Source: Vulcanimicrobiota bacterium
GTDB taxonomy: Bacteria; Vulcanimicrobiota; Vulcanimicrobiia; Vulcanimicrobiales; Vulcanimicrobiaceae
Length of the DNA stretch: 64,000 bases
Assembly (NCBI GenBank): GCA_963733295.1
Contig: CAVTCS010000003.1
Location: 1,408,001 to 1,472,000 of the forward strand
Direction of reading: 5' to 3'
Under the pieces are notes generated by a model, which saw only the letters and a program-made list of their open reading frames with translations, ran no database searches and was not told where the DNA came from. Position numbers and translations under genes: made by a program. Positions 1 through 10,727 of the stretch are shown piece by piece (the stretch's first letter is position 1; every line of letters begins with the position of its first letter).

Positions 1-30
1 CGCTCTGGCCCGCTTTAGCCGCCGTCGACG

Positions 31-396
31 CTAGCGGACGGCCAGCAAAACCCACGTGACGACGAAGCCCATGATCGCGATCGTTCCGGCGATGAACACG
101 GCGGCCTCGTCGGGCAGCGTCGCGTTAGCGCCGTCGCGAAGCGCCCGCGCGGTGGCGATGTAACGATACGCTCCGTAGGCCGCGCAGGCCACGCCGACGA
201 GAGCCATGATCGTTCCGAATATCGTCGACATCGTCGGTGCCGCCTCTGTGACGTGCGCGACGACGGCGATTTCGCGCGTGAAGAGCGCGAAGCGTGCGAT
301 GACGAAACCGAACGCGATGAACGCCAACGCGGTTCGCACGTAGGCTAGGAACGTTCGCTCGTTCGCCAATGTGTCGGCAGGGCGTGATTGGTTCAT
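31..396 (-). CDS. DUF202/YidH family inner membrane protein
   Basis: LANERTFLAYVRT motif followed by three TM segments; ATG at 396 is the likely start. Confidence 0.85.
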   Translation of the reverse strand: MNQSRPADTLANERTFLAYVRTALAFIAFGFVIARFALFTREIAVVAHVTEAAPTMSTIFGTIMALVGVACAAYGAYRYIATARALRDGANATLPDEAAVFIAGTIAIMGFVVTWVLLAVR

Positions 397-447
397 CGAG
401 TTCGATCTAGCGCGCTTTAGGCCGTCCATCGCCGGCCGCCGAAGCGG

Positions 448-1104
448 TTAGAGGATGCCGGCCGTCTCCGGAGCGCGTGTGGGAACCTCGTCGGTCCTCG
501 CACGGCTCGCACCGTCTTGGTTCCAGTTGAGAACCTTCGCGACCATCGCAGCCCGGTTTCTGGAAGCCGTCTTACTCAAGAGGCTTTTCAGATACCCCTG
601 CGCGGTATATTCGGAGATCGTTAACGCCCGAGCGATTTCCGCGGCCCCTGCGCCCTCGAGCACGAGAGCCAGAACCTGCGCCTGACGCTTGGTGAGCGAG
701 AAGCGGCCCGCCGCGCGCGAAATGCTGTTGCAGTCGCGATCCGCCTCCACGATTATGCCGAACGCCTTCTCCTCGGATCCGAAGAGCGGCGAAATCCGAA
801 TTGTATGCTTCTCGCCCAAGAGAATTATGCGACGTTCGTCGGAGTTGCCCGAAACGAGTTCGTCGATCATCGAGGCGACCCGCGCCCGAATGTCCGGACG
901 TAACGAACCGTCGTCGTCAAGCATCAGCGCCTTGGTTTGCGCCGACAGCCCGCCGTCCCAGAAGTGGAATTTCACGCGACAGAGCGCATCGATAACGATG
1001 AGCCCGAGATAGTCAGAACTCGATTCTCTACGACGGTCGATCATGAGATTCGACCGCGGCGCTTCGATAGGTCGCTGGAACAAGGAAAACCATCTTTCGC
1101 TCAA
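448..1104 (-). CDS. LuxR-family HTH transcriptional regulator (start uncertain, possibly 1044)
   Basis: C-terminal LTKRQAQVL..G....EIARALTISEYTAQGYLKSLLSKT..RNR LuxR HTH. Confidence 0.85.
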   Translation of the reverse strand: MSERWFSLFQRPIEAPRSNLMIDRRRESSSDYLGLIVIDALCRVKFHFWDGGLSAQTKALMLDDDGSLRPDIRARVASMIDELVSGNSDERRIILLGEKHTIRISPLFGSEEKAFGIIVEADRDCNSISRAAGRFSLTKRQAQVLALVLEGAGAAEIARALTISEYTAQGYLKSLLSKTASRNRAAMVAKVLNWNQDGASRARTDEVPTRAPETAGIL

Positions 1105-1893
1105 CCCGAGGGAACGGCAAAGAAGACCTTAGTAGGCGCTGCGACGACGACGCCGGTTGGGAGACGAGGGTAAAAGGAACCGCCGTCGACACCCTGGGCT
1201 AGCGTCTGCCGTTAACGTTAACAGAATGTGCGCGACATCACCACACAATTGTGCATTTTCGGCATCACACAAACGTCACACTTTGCAGGACCTCCTGGGC
1301 CGGGAGGACTTCCTTGGGTGCATGGCGACTGATCTGACGCTTAATTGTTCGCTGTCCGAAGCGACGGCGCCACCCGGGAACCCTCGACCGGAAGAGGCCC
1401 TGAGGCCCGCAGGCCCCACGACCGACGAGCGCGACAGCCGTGCGTCTCGCGGAGCCCGACGGGCAGACCCGGGATCGGCGACTGCCGTTGCTCTCGGACG
1501 CGGGCATCGGCTGCCGACGCATCGATGCGCCCGCAACACCTCGACCTGGCCTTCGGTCCGCTTCAGGCTTCATGAAATCGTTAAGATCCGCGTGAAGAGC
1601 GCATCGTGTGTCTTATCGCTTGCGGGAGCGCGCCGGCCAGCCGTGACCGCTTCCGTACCCTTAGGCGGTGTCAGCTAGCGTCGAGTCTCAGTCGCTGCAA
1701 GAATTCGTTTGCTCATGAACTAATTGTCGCGCACTCGCGCGCCGTCTGAATCACCGTACTTTTTGGTAAGAATTGTCAGTTCGTATCCAGCGATTGCTTG
1801 CCTGGGCAGCGTTGCTCGTCACGTATTTGTTGTTCGATGCGAAGGAAAGGCGGTGTGCTCTGTCACAGATGGATTTTAACGAGGTTCGAGTTC

Positions 1894-3594
1894 ATGTTTG
1901 CCTCGAAGACTGTCGCGCTAAGCGTATCTGTAAGTGGCAGTCTTTATGTTGCGATATACCCCCGCCACTTCGCGCTTGTGGGAAGTTATCCGATTCGCTT
2001 GAATCCACGTGTCGCGCTGCGTTCGATTATTCACGAGCAGTATCGGAAAGCGTTACGCATAGGGCGAACGTTCGTACGTCCGATCCTTCTCTTTGGATTC
2101 GGCGCCATGGTCACGTTTGCGGGATGCAGTGGCGGCGCTTCGAACACGACACTGCCTGCAGCCGGGAGCCGACCGGGCACACCGGGCGAACAGACGCCGC
2201 CCGGCGCTACGCCGCTGCCCGGAAGTTCCGCAACGCCGGGACCGGGCGGATCTTCGCTCCCGCTCACGTACAACGCTACAAAGGCCTGCATCAATCACGT
2301 CAGCTTTACGAATACCGTGTTACCGGCGAATGAAGGCGAATTCGGAACGAGCGGACTCGACCGATCGTTCTGGGGCGGTATCAAGACTCGCACGCACCCG
2401 CCAACAGCGACCTGGGGACCAGGCTTCTACCCGTCTTGGGGACGCCATCAGTACGACACGTACATGGGCGACAACTCGGACGGAACTGGGTACGATCCAT
2501 TCGCGGTCGTCGCCGACGGCGCTGTGTCCGGATCTCCCAAGGCCCTCCGCATCGAAGCCATGCCCATGCCGTCGCCCATTGCGACGTCGCTCACCGTCAT
2601 GGCGAACGATCAGTGGATAGTCGCGAGTGCTGAGTCGGCCTTCTCGGTTCCGAGTGAGGGTGGCTCCCTAACGCTGAACGTGAACAACGTGAACAGCGCT
2701 CAGAACGGTTGGAAAGTCGGCATAGGGTATCAGGGCGCGCCGATAACCTTTGTCGGCACCTTGACTTCGGGCGGCGCAACGACGTCCGGCAACGGAACGG
2801 GCGGCTCGAACCCGTGGACCATCTCCAACGTCCACATCTATTCCGGCACCACCGGGACGACGATTACGCCTGGTTCGAACGACGAAGGCGGCTTGCGGGC
2901 CTACTCCTTCCCGCAGTTTTATAGTGGAACTCTCGACGCGAACGTCAATCAGCAGTATGGATTCTTCGTGGCACGCGTGCGCTTGCCGCAGCCGTTGCCG
3001 GACCTCTCCCCTGCGTGGTGGATGCTGGAAACGGGCGGAGTCGGCACGAACGGCGGTCAACTGCTGCGCAGCGAATGGGACATCGAAGAGCAGTTCGGCG
3101 CGGTCTACAGTTACGAACTCAACGCCGGCAACATCCTGTGGAACTCGGGCGGCCCCGGCATAGCCTACGGTTGCGGACTCAGCTGCCCGGCCGGCAATAA
3201 TACGACGGGCGCAGGGGCGACGGGAGTTTACCCTTGGCTATCGACCTCGGGCAGCAACTTCAACTCGAGCTATCACGACTACGGCGTACTGGTTCAGTCC
3301 GGCGGCCCGGCCTTCCCCACGAACTACTCGGGCGGTGCGGGCGGCGTCTACGTGGAGAACGGGTCGCCTTGGTCGGGTACGACGTTCTTCCTCGATGGGT
3401 ATCCGATCCCCGGACATATCGGCCAGCCCAATCTGACGCAAGGGTCGCCGGATAAGGAACTCATGATGATGTTCCAGGTGGGCATCCCCGGTTCGTGGCT
3501 CGATCCGAGTTCGCAGGCGTTCTCGAATCCGTGGCCCCAGTACATGTACGTTCAGTGGATCCGGGCCTACGCACCGACTTCCAGTTCGTGCTAG
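1894..3594 (+). CDS. Secreted lipoprotein with GH16-like glycoside hydrolase domain (start uncertain)
   Basis: Lipobox FAGC, Pro/Thr/Gly linker, YGFFVARVRLP..PAWWML, catalytic-type ExDxxE (EWDIEE), YHDYG, MYVQWIRAY C-terminus. Confidence 0.7.
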   Translation: MFASKTVALSVSVSGSLYVAIYPRHFALVGSYPIRLNPRVALRSIIHEQYRKALRIGRTFVRPILLFGFGAMVTFAGCSGGASNTTLPAAGSRPGTPGEQTPPGATPLPGSSATPGPGGSSLPLTYNATKACINHVSFTNTVLPANEGEFGTSGLDRSFWGGIKTRTHPPTATWGPGFYPSWGRHQYDTYMGDNSDGTGYDPFAVVADGAVSGSPKALRIEAMPMPSPIATSLTVMANDQWIVASAESAFSVPSEGGSLTLNVNNVNSAQNGWKVGIGYQGAPITFVGTLTSGGATTSGNGTGGSNPWTISNVHIYSGTTGTTITPGSNDEGGLRAYSFPQFYSGTLDANVNQQYGFFVARVRLPQPLPDLSPAWWMLETGGVGTNGGQLLRSEWDIEEQFGAVYSYELNAGNILWNSGGPGIAYGCGLSCPAGNNTTGAGATGVYPWLSTSGSNFNSSYHDYGVLVQSGGPAFPTNYSGGAGGVYVENGSPWSGTTFFLDGYPIPGHIGQPNLTQGSPDKELMMMFQVGIPGSWLDPSSQAFSNPWPQYMYVQWIRAYAPTSSSC

Positions 3595-3606
3595 TGTTTC
3601 GTTGCA

Positions 3607-5355
3607 TCATTGATAGCAATTACGAGGATCGCGAAAGCGCGAGAGCCGCGCAGGCACCGGCGTACTCGGATTTGGTTTACCAGCCCATGCTCGAGGTGAT
3701 GGAGTATCTGCGTTAAGAGGCTCTTTTCGCTCGAAGATTAAGGCCCCGCCGACGGATTTCGGCTCCCCGTACTGCTTCCCCATTTCTCGCCTTGCGAGAT
3801 CGATCACGCGAAACCACGGCACGAACAAATCCGGTCGCACGTCTCCCCTGTCTAAGGTAGACCCCGTGGCGAACCCTGCGATCGAATAGAAATGCGGCTC
3901 GAGATCGAGCCGCGTACTCGGAACCTGCAGCACGACGATCCTCGGCGGGCAGCGAAAAATTGCTCTCACTTCTCGCGACACGTTGACTGCACTGATGCGC
4001 AGGCCATACTGGTTGGTTAGAAAATAGCTGAAACCGTAGCGAGTTGGAATCGTTGCGCCCGATAACGCATACTCGAACGCAGATTCAGGGCTCACGATAA
4101 AGACGCAGTCGGCCGATCCAACTCTGCCCCTGAGGTATTCGACGATGGTGCCCACCCGATCTTCATACTTTGGATCGCTGCTTTCGCGGTGAGCCACAAT
4201 CTCGTACGCGAGATAGAGGGGCTTGGCGACCTGAAACGCGGCGATCGCTGCAAGCGATATACCGACTACCCGTCGCCGCATCGCCCGGCCCTCGCAAAGT
4301 CTATCGATGCCGCCCACCAGCACGATTGATCCTAACACTAAGAGCGGCTCGATCAGTGGTAGGATCCAGTGCGACTCATAGACTCCGAGGGACAGCGCGC
4401 CCAGACTGTCTATCGTAAACCATAGCAATGAGATCAACACTGCACGTCCGAGGACCGTGTCCTTCGGGGCCGCAAAACGCAGATACAACGGGGATAGAAG
4501 CGCGAGCTCTAAGAGCGGAAAGAGCGTCACCAGCGCTCTTAGAAACCTCGCGAAATTCTCCCGCGTTGAAAACCCCAGGCCGGCGCGCCGGATGTTCGCT
4601 TCGATAGAAGACCGGTATAGGTCATCCAAATGCCCGGTAATTGAGAACCACAACGGCACGAGCGAGATTGGGAATGCAATCCCTGCGATGAAAATCGAAA
4701 CGTTTCTCAAGATCAATTCGCGCGAACTAAACAAGCCGATCGCTACGAGTGCAGCGATGACGTCATAGATCACCGACTCTTTGATGCACATTCCCAGGCC
4801 GAGCAGTAGTCCCGCCGTCGCATATCGTGCCCAAGACCCGTTCTCCGCGCGGCCCTTCACCGGCCAAACGAGCGCGAGCCCGCCGGCAACGAGTGGCATG
4901 AAAAAGATCTCGGTATTCGCCTCTAATCCACTCAGATGCGACGTGAACAGCACGTACCCCCAAGCAGCAATGAACGCCATGTTCCGCCGCCCTCCCGTCG
5001 CGGAGGTTGTCAGCTTGTACATCGCATATGCGCCGGCCGCAATGGCCACGCAAGAGGCGATGCGCAACGCACGCGGCGTCTCTCCGAATATTGTCAGAGC
5101 GACGGCGAAGAGGAGGTAGATACCCGGGGGCTTATTGTCGAACGTGTGCGTGTATGGAGCATATCCGCGCAACATGTCGTGTGCCATCAAGAAATAAAGG
5201 CTCTCGTCGAGTCCCACCGAGGAATAGAAAAATGACGGCGAGCGCAAGATTATAATCGCCAAGCCGATAAGCACGATTGCTACAAGGACCGGGGTCTTTG
5301 TGCTGGTGACTGAAGCGGATGGCTCGTCTTTTGGGGCAGATCGTGAGTCTTGCAA
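3607..5355 (-). CDS. ArnT/PMT-like (GT-C) membrane glycosyltransferase
   Basis: DESLYFLMA..GYAPY..FDNKPPGIY, NTEIF, multiple TM helices. Confidence 0.8.
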   Translation of the reverse strand: MQDSRSAPKDEPSASVTSTKTPVLVAIVLIGLAIIILRSPSFFYSSVGLDESLYFLMAHDMLRGYAPYTHTFDNKPPGIYLLFAVALTIFGETPRALRIASCVAIAAGAYAMYKLTTSATGGRRNMAFIAAWGYVLFTSHLSGLEANTEIFFMPLVAGGLALVWPVKGRAENGSWARYATAGLLLGLGMCIKESVIYDVIAALVAIGLFSSRELILRNVSIFIAGIAFPISLVPLWFSITGHLDDLYRSSIEANIRRAGLGFSTRENFARFLRALVTLFPLLELALLSPLYLRFAAPKDTVLGRAVLISLLWFTIDSLGALSLGVYESHWILPLIEPLLVLGSIVLVGGIDRLCEGRAMRRRVVGISLAAIAAFQVAKPLYLAYEIVAHRESSDPKYEDRVGTIVEYLRGRVGSADCVFIVSPESAFEYALSGATIPTRYGFSYFLTNQYGLRISAVNVSREVRAIFRCPPRIVVLQVPSTRLDLEPHFYSIAGFATGSTLDRGDVRPDLFVPWFRVIDLARREMGKQYGEPKSVGGALIFERKEPLNADTPSPRAWAGKPNPSTPVPARLSRFRDPRNCYQ

Positions 5356-5648
5356 GCTGACTAATAATGCCGGAAGCCTCCGAGGTTCCTACCTAGGCCC
5401 CTCTCGGCAACCTCGTAAGGACTTACGCACGCGCTTAGGTCGATCGTAGGCGCGGTACGCGTACCCTAGTGTTTGGTTGCATGTTTGACAGTGATTATGC
5501 TTGTAATGGTGCTGTGTCGAGTCGCTCCTTTGATCGAGTTGACCGCAGATGTGCGCGTTGCGTTGCGTAAGTTGGTGCAATCGTCTTCCGCGGAACGTCG
5601 CCATCGCGCACTGGCGGACTCCGCCGCGGCACGAACTTTGGCGATGTA

Positions 5649-5735
5649 ACACGCGACGCCAATGTGGTGGAACGAGGTGCCCACAAGCGCCTCACGCAGA
5701 AGTTTCGGCTGCGCTCCCGCTTGTGACGCGATCAT
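5649..5735 (-). pseudogene. N-terminal remnant of a VOC/glyoxalase-family gene
   Basis: ATG overlaps the upstream stop (ATGA); encodes ...SFHHIGVAC, then loses recognisable similarity. Confidence 0.45.
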
Positions 5736-6653
5736 CGGGCCGCACTTCCAAGCGCCGGCGTCGATTCGGCCGCACGTACCGCCATCGCAATGGCCGCGTC
5801 GCGCACTTCGGGAGCGGTCGCCGTATAACCCTCGATCGAGAAGGCGATATCGTCGTCTCGGAGTTTTTCCATGAAGGCCGGCAGATCGGCTGCCGCCAGC
5901 GGTCCCGGGCCCCAGTACGTATGACACCAAGAGCGCTCGTCGATCCAAACTCGGGCCGCCTCGCGTCCGAGCACTTTATCGACGAAAAGCCCGTACGTCA
6001 GATATTCGGACACCGATCGTGCACGCGTGTACGCGACGTGCCATGGAACCCCCGTCACGTGCTCGATCCGCTTGCACACTTCGAGCACGACAAGCCGGTT
6101 CCAACTGATCACGTTGCCCACGTAGTCTGCCATCGGGATCGATTCGGGCGTTACGCCGAGAAGCCGCGAAACGTTGCGATTCCACTTCACGTGCTGCATG
6201 CCGGCCACGACTCCGTTCGGAAGCCGGTACATGCGCGTCATTCCTTCGCGGGTGAAGCGCGTGGGATCGACCGGCCGGATGAACCGAACGTCGGAATCGA
6301 CGTTGACGAGAACGTCTTCGTCGGCAAAGGATGCCGCGGAAAGTTTAACGAGCTGCTGAACGAGCCAGCCGAGGGCCGGACGCAGCGCCGGAGTCGAGAA
6401 CCACCAACGCTTTGTAAACTCGAGCTTGAAATACCCGGGCGGAATCACGTCCTCAACCGCGGCCACGACGGTCCGATCGTTCTCGCAGGGGCTTGAACAT
6501 CGGAATGTCGCGACGATCCACGATCACGTAATGCCTCGTCGGCGCCGGCCAAAAACGCATGATGCTTTCGTTGAGAGCGCGACACATTTGAAAATCTCTC
6601 GCGAAACTCGGCGTCACGATTGCGATCCGTGCACCGCCTGCCGATTCAGTCAT
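5732..6653 (-). CDS. DUF6492-like putative glycosyltransferase-fold protein (apparent +1 frameshift near 6485)
   Basis: IVTPSFARDFQMC..HYVIVDRRD joins RTVVAAVEDVIP..GWLVQQLVKL..VDSDV after removing one base; start overlaps the TE stop. Confidence 0.65.
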
Positions 6654-9600
6654 CCAGTGTCTCCTCCAGAACGAGCGCAAGCTCTCCGATTCGCTCGTTG
6701 AGTCCGGCGACGTGACCGCCGCCCATCGGCACGATCCGGACGGAGCGGGCCACAGCGCCCCAGCCGGCCGTCGGATCATCCTCTACCATTTCTTGATCTT
6801 CCGCCCAGACAAGCGTCACCTCACCATCGTACGGCCGTGGGTGATACGAGAACCCCGCAGCGATGTGTCTGAAAGAATTCTCCGTCTCGCGCTTCCCGCG
6901 CCGTTGCGCAAAAGGCTCGGAGGGTGCGAGGGCTGCCACGTCCTCGCGATTTCGTCCGAAGCGCACCGCACGAACGGCATATCGAAGTAACTTGGCAAAG
7001 GCCGCGGGGCCCGACACGCTCGCCGCATGAACCCGAGCTAGGTTGTAGCAAAGCCGATCGCGGAGTTTCGGCGAAAGCGCAGCATTGGTCGCGATGCGCC
7101 GCAGGAGACCGTCGAGGACCGGGATCGAACGAGTGGGCATCGGGGACGCGTTGATGAGCACGAGGCGATCGACCTCATCGCCTTGCGTCGTGAGAATCCG
7201 CGCCGTCTCGTACGCGACGAGTCCGCTGACACAGAAACCACCCAACCGGTACGGTCCCTGTGGCTGAATCGCTCGGATGCGCGCCGCATAGTCGGCCGCC
7301 ATCGCCTCGATCGTATCGAGCAGCGGCAACCCGGCCGTACCGTGCGGAGCGACCGCGTGGACCGGCTGATCGGGTCCGAGTGCCGCTGCCAATCTACGGC
7401 AGTATATGCCGTTCGCAAAAAGATCGCCGTGCATAAAGGCGAGCGGGCGCCGCCGGCCCTCCGCGATTCAAGGTCAAAATCGGAATCTCGTCCGGCGAAC
7501 TCCGAGCGGGAGCTGCAAGCGCGTCGACGTACTCCGCAATCGACGCGATCGTGGCGCGCTCGAAGAGCGTGCGCAGTTCGAGTTTGACCCCGAACGTTTG
7601 CTCGACGCGCGCAACGAAGCGAAGCGCCAGCAAGGAGTGAAAGCCGAAGGAAAAGACATCCTCCTCGCGCCCGATGTTGGCTTGCGGGAGCAACTCCGAA
7701 AACAATCCGGCTACTTTCGCCTCGGTTTCCGTGCGGTAGCTCTCGCCCGAGGAGGGGACGGCATCCCTGGATGGCGCTGGCAGCGCGCGCCGGTCGACCT
7801 TGCCGTTTTCCGTTTGGGGCAACTCGGTCAAAACGACGATCTGGGACGGCTGCATGAACGCCGGTAGCCGGCTCTCCAACCACTTCCGAAGCTCGCTCTC
7901 CTCGACGTTCGCAAGTCCCGAGCGCGGCACGGCGTAAGCCCAAACGACCTTGTCGCCCGAGGCATCCCGGCCCACGACGGCGACGCTTTGCTCGATATCC
8001 GGATGCGACGCGAGCGCCGCTTCGATTTCTCCTAGTTCGACCCGGTAGCCCCGAATCTTCACCTGTTCGTCGGAACGGCCGAGAAATTCGAGCACGCCGC
8101 TGCTGCGAAAGCGTACGCGGTCGCCGGTGCGATACAGGCGAGCGGTGCGTTCGCTCGAGAACGGGTCGGCAATGAAGGAGGGCGCCGCAAGCGCCGGGCG
8201 GTTCAGGTATCCGAGAGCAACGCCGTCACCTCCGACGCACAACTCGCCGGGCACGCCGACCGGAGTCGGGTTCAACCTCGCGTCGAGGACGTACGCACTC
8301 GAATTGGCGATCGGCCGGCCGATCGGAATGCTCGACATCTCGAAATCTTGCTCGCATATTGCGTGCGTCGTGCTGAAGGTCGTATTTTCAGTCGGTCCGT
8401 ACCCGTTGAGCAAACGACAGGCCGGAAACGCGTCGAGAAAGCGCTTCGCATGAAGCGGTGAGGTCACGTCGCCGCCGGTCAGGACGCAGCGTAACGACCG
8501 CGGGCGCGCTTCGGGACTGTCAACGAAGCGCGTAAAGAGCGCAGCAGTGAGCCAAAGGAGCGTGATGCCGAAACGGTCGATCGTCGACGCCAGCTCTTCC
8601 ATCGTTTGAAGCCCCGGCGGAGGGATCGCGAGTCGCGCACCGTTGAGCAGCGGACCCCAAACCTCGAAGGTCGAGGCGTCGAAGGCGAGCGGGGCGTAGG
8701 AAAGGACCGTATCGGACGGCATGAATTCGATGTAGTTGGTCTTCCGGACGAGACGGACGATGGCGCGGTGCGGGATCGTCGTCCCTTTCGGTTCACCGGT
8801 CGAACCCGAGGTGTACATGACGTAGGCCGGCGACTCCGCGCCGAGCCCGACATCGAGCGCCTCCGCTGACTGTGCAGCGATCGCGCCGGCATCGCGCTCG
8901 AGGTCGATCAACGTGACGTCCGCTCCTCCGAAGCGCTGCGCGCTCGGGCCCTCGCTCACGACGACGCGCACACCCGCATCCGCAAGAATGAACTGCAAAC
9001 GGCGTTCCGGATAGGCCGGGTCGAGCGGCACGTAGATGCCGCCGGCCTTCAAGATACCGATGAGGGCAAAAGGAACCCGCGCCGAACGCTCGAGCGCGAC
9101 GGCGACCGGCGTTCCGCGCGCGACACCTCGATCGCGAAGATATCTCGCAAAGCGGTTCGAGCGTTCGTCGAGCTCCGCGTACGTGACCGAACCGCTCGTT
9201 TCGACCAAGGCCGCCGCAAACGGCGTTTGCTCGGCTTGACGTGCGAACAGTTGCGGCACCGTCGCGTCCCGCTCGTACGCGCTCCTAGGGCCCCGGCCCA
9301 GCGCGAGAACCTGCTCTCGCTCCTCGTCGCTCATCATCGGGACGTCGGAGATTCGCTGTGCCGGGTCGGCCGACAAGCGCTGCAGCAACGCCGCAAAGCG
9401 CGCGATCATCGCGTCGACCGTAGGCCGCTCGAAGAGATCGCTGTTGTATTCGCACGACGCCCGCCAGCCTTCGGGTCGCTCCACCATGAAGAAGTTGAGA
9501 TCGTAGATCGGACCGGCCGAGCGTGACGGCATGTCGACCAATTTGAAACTGCCGTACGTGTCGTTCTTGATAAACGAACGTTGGAAGATGAAATTCACCG

Positions 9601-10714
9601 AAAACAGGATGTTCCGGCTGAAGTCGCGCTTGGGATTGACGATCTCGATGATCTGTTCGAGGGGCACGTGCCGCAATTCGAAGGCATCGGTCACGGTATC
9701 GCGCGTGCGCTCGAGTAGCTCGGTGAAGCTGGGGTTTCCGGAGACGTCCGTACGCAACGGCACGGTGTTGACGAACGTGCCGACGAGATCTTCGAATGCA
9801 CTGTCGTCACGCCCGGCGATTTGCGTCCCGACCAGGATGTCATCTTCGCCGCTGTACCGGTGCAACAGCACGAGCAGCGCCGCAAATGCGGTCATGAACA
9901 GCGTGCAACCGTGGCTCCGAGCAAGAGCTGCGACGGAGTCCGTCAAGTCTCGCTCCAGCAGTTGCGTGGCGATTTCGCTGTTCGTCGTCTGAATCGGCGG
10001 ACGCCGTTTATCGGTCAAGATTTCGAACTGGGGGAGATTGTCTAGCCGTTGCTTCAGCGTCTCGCGTTCTACGGCGAGTGCGGAGGGATCGGCGAGCCAG
10101 TCCTGCTCCCATTCCGCGAAGTCCGCATACGTCGCTTCGAGCGGTGCAAGCGATGGAACCCGGCCGGCCTGCAAATCGACGCAGATCAAACCTAATTCGC
10201 GAGCCAGAACCCCCACCGACCAGCCGTCGCACACCGTGTGGTGCGCGGTGACGAGCAGCACCGACACCCGTTCGCGCACGCGCACATGCGTGACCCGGAG
10301 CAGCGGAGCGCGGCTCACGTCGAAGGTTTTGTGCGCCTCGAGTAGCGCGATGCGGTCCGCTTCTTGGAACGCTTCCCGCTCCGCCAACGCCGTGAGGTCG
10401 ACGATCGGGATGTGCAGCGAGACCGAAGGCTCGATCACCTGGAGCGGTTCGCCTTGGTGGTTTTCGAAATACGTCCGGAGCGTTTCGTGACGCGCAACGA
10501 GCAGGCGCCACGCTTCGGTGATGTGCGCGTGCGAAACCTCGCCCTCGAGGCGCCAGCGTACTGCTACGTTGAGAGCCGGGTTGCCGGGCTGAATCTGCTC
10601 CTCAAACCAGAAGCGCTTCTGCGATTGCGAGCAACGCACTCGGCGCGTCGCGACCGCCTCGCCCGCAGGGGCAGATTCCTTGGGGTCGCCCTCATTTTGC
10701 GAGCGACTCTTCAC
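6646..10714 (-). CDS. NRPS terminal module C-A-PCP-TE (apparent +1 frameshift near 7455 separates the TE)
   Basis: HHTVCDG, YTSGSTGEPKG, YGPTE, YRTGD, GFHSL; TE with GGFCVSG and GGH; hand-read A code DAFWLGGTFK (Val-like). Confidence 0.92.
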
Positions 10715-10727
10715 GCCGGCATTTTTC

